Positions 10,748 through 19,149 of a stretch of DNA of 64,000 nt are shown here, one piece after another. This stretch comes from Anaeromyxobacteraceae bacterium (GTDB lineage: Bacteria; Myxococcota; Myxococcia; Myxococcales; Anaeromyxobacteraceae), in NCBI GenBank assembly GCA_047602405.1, contig JASGHJ010000001.1:352001-416000 (forward strand), written 5' to 3'. The notes beneath the pieces were generated by a model, which was given only the letters and a program-made list of their open reading frames with translations, ran no database searches and was not told the origin of the DNA. The translations under genes were made by a program, and so were the position numbers. Every line of letters starts with the position of its first letter. Positions within the stretch are counted from its first letter, which is position 1.

Positions 10748-10786
10748 TTGACCGGGAGCCTTATGTTAGCTATGGCTAACGGTAAG
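10748..10786 (+). promoter_or_regulatory. Promoter with palindromic ArsR-type operator
   Basis: TTGACC at 10748-10753, then inverted repeat CTTATGTTAGC-TATG-GCTAACGGTAAG (perfect core GTTAGC-N4-GCTAAC, 10765-10780) just upstream of the ArsR ATG; locally AT-rich. Confidence 0.65.
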
Positions 10787-10788
10787 TC

Positions 10789-11127
10789 ATGACGAACGCT
10801 CACCCGCACGCCCGCATGCTCGACGCCCTCGGCGACCCCACCCGGCGGGCCGTCTTCGAGCGGCTCGCGGGAGGGCCGCTGCCGGTCGGCGCGCTCGCCG
10901 CCGGGCTGCCGGTCTCGCGCCCCGCGGTCTCCCAGCACCTGCGCGTCCTCAAGGACGCGGGGCTGGTGATCGACCGCGCGGAGGGCACGCGGCGGCTCTA
11001 CCAGGCCAACCCCCAGGGGCTCGAGGTGCTCCGCGCGTACCTCGACCGGTTCTGGGATCGCGCGCTCCAGGCCTTCGCGGCCGAGGCGGAGCGCGTCGCG
11101 CGCGTCGAGAGGAAGGGACGGTCATGA
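10789..11127 (+). CDS. ArsR/SmtB family transcriptional regulator
   Basis: ALGDPTRRAVFERL...VSRPAVSQHLRVLKDAGLV...EGTRRLY winged-HTH signature. Confidence 0.93.
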   Translation: MTNAHPHARMLDALGDPTRRAVFERLAGGPLPVGALAAGLPVSRPAVSQHLRVLKDAGLVIDRAEGTRRLYQANPQGLEVLRAYLDRFWDRALQAFAAEAERVARVERKGRS

Positions 11128-11627
11128 GCGCAGCGGTGTCGCAGGCGGGCGTCGCGCCCGTGCGGAAGACGATCGTGGTCGCGGCGCCGCGCGAGACGGC
11201 GTTCCGGGTGTTCACGCAGGGCTTCGCCCGCTGGTGGCCGCTCGCGACCCACAAGATCGGGGCCGCGGCCGCGGTGGAGGCGGTGATCGAGCCGCGGGTG
11301 GGCGGGCGGTGGTACGAGCGCGGGACGGACGGCGTCGAGACGCCCTGGGGCGAGGTCCTCGCGTGGGAACCGCCGTCGCGCCTCGTGCTGGTCTGGCGCA
11401 TCGGCGCCGACTGGCAGTGCCACCCCGAGCTCCACACCGAGGTCGAGGTGCGCTTCATCGCCGAGGACCCGGGCCGGACCCGGGTCGAGCTCGAGCACCG
11501 GCGCCTCGACGCCTTCGGTGAGAAGGCCGGCGAGATGCGCGGGGTGTTCGACTCGGAGGGCGGCTGGACCGGCCTCCTCGCGGCCTACGGCAAGGCGGTG
11601 GCGGGGGAGGCCGCGAGGGCCGGCTGA
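11124..11627 (+). CDS. SRPBCC/AHSA1 family protein
   Basis: VRKTIVVAAPRETAFRVFT...WWP...WEPPSRLVLVW...TRVELEH...GGW; ATGA overlap with ArsR; common ArsR-SRPBCC pair. Confidence 0.9.
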   Translation: MSAAVSQAGVAPVRKTIVVAAPRETAFRVFTQGFARWWPLATHKIGAAAAVEAVIEPRVGGRWYERGTDGVETPWGEVLAWEPPSRLVLVWRIGADWQCHPELHTEVEVRFIAEDPGRTRVELEHRRLDAFGEKAGEMRGVFDSEGGWTGLLAAYGKAVAGEAARAG

Positions 11628-11738
11628 GCGCCGGAACGCCCCTTCAGCAGCGCGGCGTCGGCACGAGGCGCGACCGGGGCACGCGGCCCCGCCCGGGCGG
11701 GGGTGTCACGCGCGAGGCCGAGGGACGTTCCAGCCCTC

Positions 11739-12503
11739 ATGGCTCCCTCCCCACCCCGGCCGCTCCGCGCCGCCGCGCTGCTCCTCGTCGCCGCCCTCTC
11801 CGGCTGCGCCTTCGCGCTCGGCGGCACCTCCGCCCACCCGCGGGCGGTCTACGAGGACGACTTCACGGCCCAGAAGTGGAAGCCCATCGGCGGCGGCTGG
11901 TACCGGTACGACGGCGTCGTCTCCATCGCCGCGGTCGGCAACCTCGGCCTGGGCGTGAGCGCCGGCCAGAAGTACCTGCGGCTCGACGGCGGCCTCTCCG
12001 ACCGGAAGGCGACGCCCGGCGCCGGCGCCGAGCGCCACGTCGATCTCAACCTCGCGGTCTGGCGCCTCGGCGTGAGCTGCTCGTTCGGCATCTTCGACCA
12101 GTGGGTCGACTACGCGGGCGGCTACCGGATGGCGTGGACCGGGAAGCTCCTCGCCCCGCGGGTCTCGTTCGCGCCGGTCTCGTGGGCGAGCGTCTACGCC
12201 GGCTACGGGTTCCTCTCGGGCCGCGACCTCACCGTGGGCCCCTTCGACCCGGACACGAAGTGGTGGGGCACCGCCTTCCAGAAGAACGGCCGCGACGGGA
12301 TCGCGAAGTACACGACCGGCAAGGGGACCCAGAAGTTCGCGGGCGTCGACGTGACGGCGATGCGGGTCGGGCGCGGGAAGCTCGGCGTGAAGATCGAGTA
12401 CCAGGAGACGGCGTCCGAGCCGCTCGGGCTCCCCGGGATGTCGGCCGACGCCCGGTTCAGGTCGAAGGGGCTCGGGATCGAGGCGTACCTCGGCTCGTTC
12501 TGA
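11739..12503 (+). CDS. Hypothetical lipoprotein, possible outer-membrane beta-barrel
   Basis: Lipobox LSGC after a hydrophobic stretch; alternating beta-strand pattern; ends GLGIEAYLGSF. Confidence 0.65.
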   Translation: MAPSPPRPLRAAALLLVAALSGCAFALGGTSAHPRAVYEDDFTAQKWKPIGGGWYRYDGVVSIAAVGNLGLGVSAGQKYLRLDGGLSDRKATPGAGAERHVDLNLAVWRLGVSCSFGIFDQWVDYAGGYRMAWTGKLLAPRVSFAPVSWASVYAGYGFLSGRDLTVGPFDPDTKWWGTAFQKNGRDGIAKYTTGKGTQKFAGVDVTAMRVGRGKLGVKIEYQETASEPLGLPGMSADARFRSKGLGIEAYLGSF

Positions 12504-12532
12504 CCTCGAGCCCTCTCGGACGGAGACACGCC

Positions 12533-13315
12533 ATGCACGCCAGGACCTTCACGCTCGCCCTCGGCCTCGGCCTCGCCGCCTGCAAGCAGGGCGACCCGCA
12601 GCCCCTCGAACCGCTCCCCGTGGGCGAGCACTGCGCCGTCGACGGCTCCGGCGGCGTCGGCCTCGTGATCACGGCCGCGCAGATCGGCCTCACGGTGAAC
12701 GGCACGTTCCAGCCGTACGCGAACGGCGCCCACGTCGAGGTGATGCCGTACTCCTTCGAGTCGTACCTGAACGTGCCGCACTTCGTGACGGCGGCGACCC
12801 TGCGCGCGACCCCGCCCGCGAACGTCACCGAGGCGACCCTCTGCGGCGCGGTCGGGACGGGGAGCGGCAGCGACGAGTTCAACTACGTCTTCCACCGGCA
12901 GGGGGCGTACCTCGTGGCGGAGAACGTGCTCGTCGACGTCGCCGACTCCCCCGGCGCGCTCCAGGACAACCTCTCGACGGGGGTGCTGTTCACGCTCGGC
13001 AACCGGACCTTCCGCGCCGACACGCCGGTGCTGCTCGTCACGCTCGTCGACGAGGAGGGGTTGCCGCTCTTCCCTGAGCGGCTCGAAGGGCGGCGCTGCT
13101 TCAGGGCTGCGGGCCACCCGCCGCGCCGCCTGCGCCGCGGACCACCCGCGCCCGCACGCCCGGCCCGGGCGCGCCGAGCACCGTCACCTCGCCGTCCGCC
13201 ACCTCGACGTCGAGCCGCGCGTCCGGCGCGAAGCCGCGCGCGTCGAGCGTCACCCGGCCGCGCCCGAGCCGCAGGCGGAAGGGCTTCGGGGTCGAGGACG
13301 GGACGACCAGCCTGA
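12533..13315 (+). CDS. Hypothetical lipoprotein; true stop probably near 13077
   Basis: GGAG RBS and MHARTFTLALGLGLAAC lipobox. Protein-like up to ...DEEGLPLFP. An out-of-frame TGA at 13075-13077 follows a C run, and the remainder overlaps the PAP2 gene antisense. Confidence 0.6.
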   Translation: MHARTFTLALGLGLAACKQGDPQPLEPLPVGEHCAVDGSGGVGLVITAAQIGLTVNGTFQPYANGAHVEVMPYSFESYLNVPHFVTAATLRATPPANVTEATLCGAVGTGSGSDEFNYVFHRQGAYLVAENVLVDVADSPGALQDNLSTGVLFTLGNRTFRADTPVLLVTLVDEEGLPLFPERLEGRRCFRAAGHPPRRLRRGPPAPARPARARRAPSPRRPPPRRRAARPARSRARRASPGRARAAGGRASGSRTGRPA

Positions 13316-14405
13316 GGTCGGTCCGCCGCTCGGTGAACCAGCCCAGGCGGTCGATGCCGAGCACCGCCGCCTCGGGCTCCTCGCGGAAGGCGAAGACCAC
13401 CTTGCTCGTGGGGAAGCCGAAGGCGCGCACGTCGTAGGCGGCGCGGAAGTCCTGCCCGGCCTCGATGGTCACGTCGGCGCGATCGAGCGCGACCTCGAAC
13501 GCGGCGGAGCGGCTCGCGGCGACCTCGCCGGCGCTCCGCGCGAAGGCCTTCGAGGAGACGTAGGGCGTCGCGACGAGCGCGGCGCCGGTGAGGAGCGCGA
13601 GCGCGCCGCCGCCCACGAGGGTCGCCACCCGGGCCTGCCGCCGCTCGGCGACGGAGTCGAGCGCGGCGTCGGCGCCGGCCGGCGCGGGGGCGTCCTCGCG
13701 ATCGAGGTCCATCGCGTGGTGGACGAGCAGCGCGACGAGCCACACGAGCCCCCCCGACCAGAGCACGTCGGAGAGGAAGTGCCCGCCCGCCATCATGCGG
13801 GCCGCGCCGAGGAGCCCGCCCGCGGCGAGGCCCGCCGCGAGGAAGGCGCGGCCGAGCGCGGGACGCCGGCGCCGGAGCGCGAGCCAGGGCACCGCGAGGT
13901 AGAAGCCCATGGAGCAATGGCCGCAGGGGAACGACTTCCCCTCGACGCCGCCGGGGCTGCCGAGCCGCGGCCAGCCCACCGGCAGGAACGCGTCGCGCCC
14001 GCCGAGCTCGACCACGTCGCGCGGCCGCGGCCGGCCGTAGTGGTCCTTGAGCGTCGCGTTCACGACGAGCCCCGGCCCGAGCGCGACGACGAGCACGAGG
14101 AAGAGCGCCGGCCGCCGCCAGGCGCCAAGCCGCCGCGGGTACCAGTAGGTCGCGGTGAGGAGGACGAGCGCGCCCGCCGCGAGCAGCACGCCCGCGAAGA
14201 CGCCGTACCGGTAGACGAAGCGCCAGGGCTCGCGGTCGGCGAGGGGGAAGGTGCAGCAGGCGGGGAGGCGGGCCGGATCGGCGCTCGCGACCGCCCGCGC
14301 CGCCGCGAGGTCGAGCGGGAACGCCCAGAAGAGCGCGGTCAGCCCCGCGAGCGCGGCGAGCGTCGCGAGGAGCTGGGTGCGGACGTGGCCGGTGGGCCAG
14401 CGCAT
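13101..14405 (-). CDS. PAP2 family membrane phosphatase with a C-terminal beta-rich extension
   Basis: Motifs KDHYGRPRP, SFPCGH and RMMAGGHFLSDV; several TM helices. Confidence 0.88.
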   Translation of the reverse strand: MRWPTGHVRTQLLATLAALAGLTALFWAFPLDLAAARAVASADPARLPACCTFPLADREPWRFVYRYGVFAGVLLAAGALVLLTATYWYPRRLGAWRRPALFLVLVVALGPGLVVNATLKDHYGRPRPRDVVELGGRDAFLPVGWPRLGSPGGVEGKSFPCGHCSMGFYLAVPWLALRRRRPALGRAFLAAGLAAGGLLGAARMMAGGHFLSDVLWSGGLVWLVALLVHHAMDLDREDAPAPAGADAALDSVAERRQARVATLVGGGALALLTGAALVATPYVSSKAFARSAGEVAASRSAAFEVALDRADVTIEAGQDFRAAYDVRAFGFPTSKVVFAFREEPEAAVLGIDRLGWFTERRTDLRLVVPSSTPKPFRLRLGRGRVTLDARGFAPDARLDVEVADGEVTVLGAPGPGVRARVVRGAGGAAGGPQP

Positions 14406-14420
14406 TCGACGCCCCGAATA

Positions 14421-16256
14421 TCATCTCCGGTCCCGGGCTGTCTCCTCGGCGCCGGGTGGGTCCTCGCGTCCGGTTGCGTCGCTGGCTTCGGCGTCGTGCT
14501 CGCCTTCGGTCGCGGCCTGGCTCACCTCCGCCTCCTGCACGACCTTCCACGGCAAGCCTTCCTTCGCCGCGGCGACCTCCCGCCAGCCGAGGATCCAGGT
14601 CAGCCTGTCGGGCGCGGAGCCGGACACGGAGATGTTCCCGGCGTGGAGGCCGCGCAGGTGGTGCGGCTTGCACATGCCGGTCTGGTTCTCCTCCGAGTCG
14701 TCGCCGCCCTGCGAGCGGAACACGATGTGGTGGACGTCGTCGCCGACGCGTGAGCAGCCCGCCACCGTGCACTCGCCGCCGTCGCGCACCATCACCGGGT
14801 GCGCGTTCTTCAGCTTCTCGTGCACGATCGGCGCCCAGACCTCCACGCAGTGCCGCGCGATGGCCTCGATCGCGTCCGGGAGGGGTATCCAGTGCCCCGC
14901 GGCCTTCCGGGCGGCCTGGACGGCCTCCGCGAGGAGGCCGTCGATCTCCTCGGTGACGAAGACGTCGAGGTAGTCCCTGTTCCACATCTGGCTGTGAAGC
15001 TCCGCCATCGTCTCCCGCTGGAGCGTGATGCAGGTCTTCCCGGCGGCCTCCTCGATCTTCGCGGCGACGTCCTCCGCCGTGGCGAGCTTCGACACCAACC
15101 GCGCCTGCTCGTAGGAGAGCTTCCCGGACCGCATCGCCTCGCGGAGCTCCGGGAGCTCCTGGCACTTCTGCTCGAGCGCGATGCGGTTCTTCACCGTGGA
15201 CACCGCGAGCCCGAGCCGCTCGTCGCAGTAATGCTGGAAGGTGGCGAACCCGAGCGCGCGCCAGGCGCGGGTCGTCTTCACCTCCAGGCAGACCTTGCCG
15301 AGCTTCTCGTCCCGGTCGTTCCGCTGGCGGACGAGCTCGATGAGCTCGTCCTTTAGGGCGTAGGAGTCGGGCGGCCAGGTCTTCTCGAGCGCGGGTGCCG
15401 GGACAGGCTCGGCCTGCACGAGCTCCGCCCAGGCGTTCGACCTGGCCTCGTACCCGGCGCGGAGCTCCGGGTTCGGCTCGACCGGCCGGCCGAGCCCGGT
15501 GCACTTCGGGCCGCGGAGCTCGCCGTCGAGCGGTGCGGGGTGGGAGGAGAGGTACTCCATCGCCATGAAGCGCAGGCACTCCGCGATCGTGCGCGGCGCC
15601 TCGTCGAGGTAGCCCGCGAGGTCGACCGCGGCGCGGACGCAGCCGAGCGCCTTCACCCCGAGGAACTTCTTGATGTGGAGCCAGACCGGCTCCTTGTCCT
15701 CGTCCTCGTCGAACGCGGCGGCGCTGACCTTGCCCTCGCTCGCCGTGCCGTCGCACGAAGCGACGTCCCTCGCCGACCCCTCGCTCGCACCGGCCTCGTC
15801 CGCCGTGCGCTCCTTCTCCACCGACTCCTCCACCGACTCCTTCACCGCCGCCTCGAGCTGCCGCACCGTCGAGACCTTCGCGGCCTCGACCCAGCGCGCC
15901 TCCTCGTCGCCGATGGCGACCTTCAATATCTCCTCGGCCTTCCTCCGGGAGATCTCCCCCGCGAACACTGCGGCCTTGAGGAGCGGGCGCTTGCGGAGCC
16001 TCTGCTCGAAGCGCACGAGCCGGCGCACGAAGGCAGCCTTGAGGCCCAGCTTCTCGCGCGCGAAGTCGGTGATCTGCGAGTAGCCGAGCTCGAGCTCGCC
16101 GGAGACGTCCATGAGCTCGCCGAGCTTCTGGCCGATCGCGAGGTCGAGCGCGCCGCGATCGCGGGCGACGCGCACCGCGAGGGCGTCGAGCGCGACGAAG
16201 CCGCCGCCAGGCAGCGTTTCGGAGCCGACCTCAGGGGTGGCGGAGCCCTCGACCAT
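14421..16256 (-). CDS. HNH endonuclease with DUF222-like helical N-terminal region
   Basis: C-terminal RDGGECTVAGC...DVHHIVFRSQGG...NQTGMCKPHH HNH/Zn motif; internally duplicated helical unit (LGYSQITDFAREKLGL vs LGFATFQHYCDERLGL). Confidence 0.85.
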   Translation of the reverse strand: MVEGSATPEVGSETLPGGGFVALDALAVRVARDRGALDLAIGQKLGELMDVSGELELGYSQITDFAREKLGLKAAFVRRLVRFEQRLRKRPLLKAAVFAGEISRRKAEEILKVAIGDEEARWVEAAKVSTVRQLEAAVKESVEESVEKERTADEAGASEGSARDVASCDGTASEGKVSAAAFDEDEDKEPVWLHIKKFLGVKALGCVRAAVDLAGYLDEAPRTIAECLRFMAMEYLSSHPAPLDGELRGPKCTGLGRPVEPNPELRAGYEARSNAWAELVQAEPVPAPALEKTWPPDSYALKDELIELVRQRNDRDEKLGKVCLEVKTTRAWRALGFATFQHYCDERLGLAVSTVKNRIALEQKCQELPELREAMRSGKLSYEQARLVSKLATAEDVAAKIEEAAGKTCITLQRETMAELHSQMWNRDYLDVFVTEEIDGLLAEAVQAARKAAGHWIPLPDAIEAIARHCVEVWAPIVHEKLKNAHPVMVRDGGECTVAGCSRVGDDVHHIVFRSQGGDDSEENQTGMCKPHHLRGLHAGNISVSGSAPDRLTWILGWREVAAAKEGLPWKVVQEAEVSQAATEGEHDAEASDATGREDPPGAEETARDRR

Positions 16257-16446
16257 GACTGTACCAGTGTGCAGTATGGGTCTGACATTTTCGTTGGGGC
16301 GCAGCGAGATCCCCCATCTGGGACGCTGGCTGGGAGTACAGCGGAGGTCGAGTCAAAGACCGGGGGCGGCCCCCTCACCCGCCGGGTGACGCATTCACTT
16401 CGAGTCCCTCTTCCCCGGTAGGGATCACCGAAGAGTCCGGTTCTCT

Positions 16447-16510
16447 CTCCGTCTCCGTCTCCGGCTCCGTCTCCGTCTCCGTCTCCGGCTCCCTCTCCGA
16501 CTCCGCCTCC
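16447..16510 (+). repeat. Intergenic hexanucleotide microsatellite (CTCCNN)x10
   Basis: Units ctccgt ctccgt ctccgg ctccgt ctccgt ctccgt ctccgg ctccct ctccga ctccgc, then ctcc. Confidence 0.9.
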
Positions 16511-16563
16511 CGCCTCCCTTCCTTCGCTCGCCCCGAGGGCCCGGGCTCGTCTACGCTGCCCCC

Positions 16564-18978
16564 ATGCCGACCCGCCGCCGCCCCGTCTTCCTCTCGCTGG
16601 CCCTCGCCCTCGCCGCCTCCTGCGGGTCGCACACGAAGAAGGCGGCGGACGGCCCGGTGACCGTGGAAGGCAACGTGGTCACCATCCCGACCACCGAGGG
16701 GCGCGTCCGCGTGTCGGCCCCGCTCCCGGGCGCGCTCCGCGTGCAGGTCTCGCCGCCGGGGCAGCCGGCCCCCGCCGTCACCTCCTTCGCGGTCGACCCG
16801 GCCACGGTCGCGACGCCGGGCGCGGTCACGGTCGAGGAGGCGAACGGGTTCGTCACGGTGAAGGCGGGCGACGCGGCCGTCCGCGTGCGGCGCTCGCCGC
16901 TCCGGGTCGCGCTGCTCGACGCCGCGGGCGCGGTCGTCGCGGAGCAGCCGGCAGGCTCGACGTTCTCGCCGCCGCTCTCCACGTCCTGGTCGCTCCGCCC
17001 CGGCACGCAGGTCTTCGGCCTCGGCGACAAGGCGGGCACCTACGACCGCCGCGGCTTCGGGTACGACAACTGGAACAGCGACCACTACGGCTGGGACGCG
17101 GCGCGGCTCGACCCGCTCTACAAGACCATCCCGTTCCTGGTGTTCCTCGACGGCGGCAGCGCGCACGGGTTCTTCCTCGACAACCCCTCGCGCTCGTACT
17201 TCGACGTCGGGTTCAGCGACCTCGGGCGCGTGAAGATCGACGTGGCCCGCGCGCCGGTCTGGGACCTCTACCTCTTCCCCGGCCCGGACCCGAAGGCCGT
17301 GCTCTCGGCCTACACCGCGCTCACCGGCCGCACGCCGCTGCCGCCGCGCTGGGCGCTCGGCTACCACCAGAGCCGCTACAGCTACCTCACCTCGACCGAG
17401 GTCCGGGACGTCGCCGCGCGGCTGCGCGCCGACGCGATCCCGGCCGACGCGGTCTGGCTCGACATCGACTTCCAGCGGGGCAACCGCCCCTTCACCGTGG
17501 ACCCCACCGCCTTCCCGGACTTCCCGGCGATGGTGACCGACCTCTCCGCCGCGGGGCTGCGCACCGTCGTCATCACCGATCCGCACCCGAAGCAGGAGGT
17601 CGGCTACGCGCCGTACGACAGCGGGCTCGCGGCCGACGTGTTCGTGAAGAAGAGCGACGGCCAGCTCTTCGTGGGCAACGTGTGGCCCGGGGCGAGCGTG
17701 TTCCCGGACTTCGGCCTGCAGGCGGTGCGCACCTGGTGGGGCGGGCTCTACGGGCCCTTCGTCGGGCAGGGCGTCGCGGGCTTCTGGAACGACATGAACG
17801 AGCCGGCCATCTTCGCCTCCTCGATGCCCGACGACACGCCGCACCGGCTCGACGGCGGCACCACGGTCGACCACCTCACCTTCCACAACGCCTACGGCCT
17901 CATGAACGCGCGCGCCACGCACGAGGGCGTGCTCGCGCTCCGGCCCGGGGCGCGGCCCTTCGTGCTCACCCGGGCCGCCTACGCGGGCGCGCAGCGCTGG
18001 GCGGCGAGCTGGACCGGCGACAACAAGGCCACCCGCGAGCACCTCGCGATCACCATCCCGCAGCTCGTCAACCTCGGCGTCTCCGGCTACGCATTCATGG
18101 GCGCCGACGTGGGCGGCTTCGTCGGCTGCCCGGACGACGACCTCCTCGTGGAGTGGACCGAGCTCGGCGCGCTGCAGCCGTTCTTCCGCAACCACTCGGA
18201 GAAGGGCAGCTGCCGCCGCGAGCCGTGGGCGCGGGGGGCAGCCGTCGAGGCCCGCATCCGCGCCGCCATCGAGCGCCGCTACCGCCTGCTCCCGTACCTC
18301 TACACCGCGTTCGAGGAGACCGCGCGCACCGGGCTGCCGGTGCTGCGCCCGCTCTGGCTCGCATGGCCGGCCGACGCCGCGGCGCGGGCGAACGCGCGGG
18401 CGTACCTCCTCGGCCCCGATCTCGTCGTCGCGCCGAAGCTCGACGCGGGCGTCTCGAGCTGGCAGGTGACGCTCCCCGCGGCGGACTTCTTCGACACCGC
18501 CACCGGCGCGCTCGTCGCGGGCGGCGGCGCGGTCACCGTGACGCCCGTCGCGGGCGAGGGCGTGCGCCTGTTCGCGCGCGCGGGAGCGATCGTGCCCTCG
18601 CAGCCGGTGACCGCGACGGCGGCGGAGACGCCCACCGGAGCGCTCACCGTCGACGTGTGGCCGGGCGCGGCGTGCGCGGGGGCGCTCTACCTCGACGCGG
18701 GCGACGGCTTCGGGCAGGTCGCCGCCGACTCGCGGCGCGTCGCGTACGCGTGCACGCCGGCGACCTCGGGCGTCACCGTCACCTCGCAGACCGCCGCGGG
18801 CACCTACCCGACCTGGTGGAGCGAGACCCGCCTCGTCGTGCACGGCGTCCCGTCCTCGCCGACCACCGTGAAGAAGGGCGACGCGGCGGTGCCGTTCACC
18901 TACGACGCGGCCGCCAGGGCCGCGACGGTGACGCTCGCCGGCGGCGGCGCGGACTGGGCCGTGCAGCTCGCGTGGTGA
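16564..18978 (+). CDS. Glycoside hydrolase family 31 (alpha-glucosidase-like) lipoprotein
   Basis: Lipobox LAASC; PPRWALGYHQSRY, WLDID, catalytic GFWNDMNEP, WTGDN, GADVGGF, PFFRNH. Confidence 0.93.
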   Translation: MPTRRRPVFLSLALALAASCGSHTKKAADGPVTVEGNVVTIPTTEGRVRVSAPLPGALRVQVSPPGQPAPAVTSFAVDPATVATPGAVTVEEANGFVTVKAGDAAVRVRRSPLRVALLDAAGAVVAEQPAGSTFSPPLSTSWSLRPGTQVFGLGDKAGTYDRRGFGYDNWNSDHYGWDAARLDPLYKTIPFLVFLDGGSAHGFFLDNPSRSYFDVGFSDLGRVKIDVARAPVWDLYLFPGPDPKAVLSAYTALTGRTPLPPRWALGYHQSRYSYLTSTEVRDVAARLRADAIPADAVWLDIDFQRGNRPFTVDPTAFPDFPAMVTDLSAAGLRTVVITDPHPKQEVGYAPYDSGLAADVFVKKSDGQLFVGNVWPGASVFPDFGLQAVRTWWGGLYGPFVGQGVAGFWNDMNEPAIFASSMPDDTPHRLDGGTTVDHLTFHNAYGLMNARATHEGVLALRPGARPFVLTRAAYAGAQRWAASWTGDNKATREHLAITIPQLVNLGVSGYAFMGADVGGFVGCPDDDLLVEWTELGALQPFFRNHSEKGSCRREPWARGAAVEARIRAAIERRYRLLPYLYTAFEETARTGLPVLRPLWLAWPADAAARANARAYLLGPDLVVAPKLDAGVSSWQVTLPAADFFDTATGALVAGGGAVTVTPVAGEGVRLFARAGAIVPSQPVTATAAETPTGALTVDVWPGAACAGALYLDAGDGFGQVAADSRRVAYACTPATSGVTVTSQTAAGTYPTWWSETRLVVHGVPSSPTTVKKGDAAVPFTYDAAARAATVTLAGGGADWAVQLAW

Positions 18979-19071
18979 GGTGGCGGGAGGCGCACCTCCC
19001 CACCGGACCTCGCCGGCGCCGCCGGCCCGCCGCCTGCCTGGTTATCAGGCACCGGAAACCCCAGGCCCCAC

Positions 19072-19087
19072 GGGCACGTGGACTGCT
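19072..19087 (+). promoter_or_regulatory. Putative sigma-54 promoter of the glutamate dehydrogenase gene
   Basis: GGGCACGTGGACTGCT fits GG-N10-GC with a GGCACG -24 element; an inverted repeat CCCGGAA...TTCCGGG follows at 19093-19117. Confidence 0.4.
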
Positions 19088-19149
19088 TTTGACCCGGAAG
19101 CTTGCACGCTTTCCGGGCAATGGCATTCTCCCGACCGCCCGGAGGCTCC

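Noticed and set aside
16380..16520. Repeat region as a CRISPR array or small ETETE-repeat gene
   Set aside because: Six-bp units without spacers and no cas genes. The PETETE reading is only the tail of a shadow ORF antisense to GH31.
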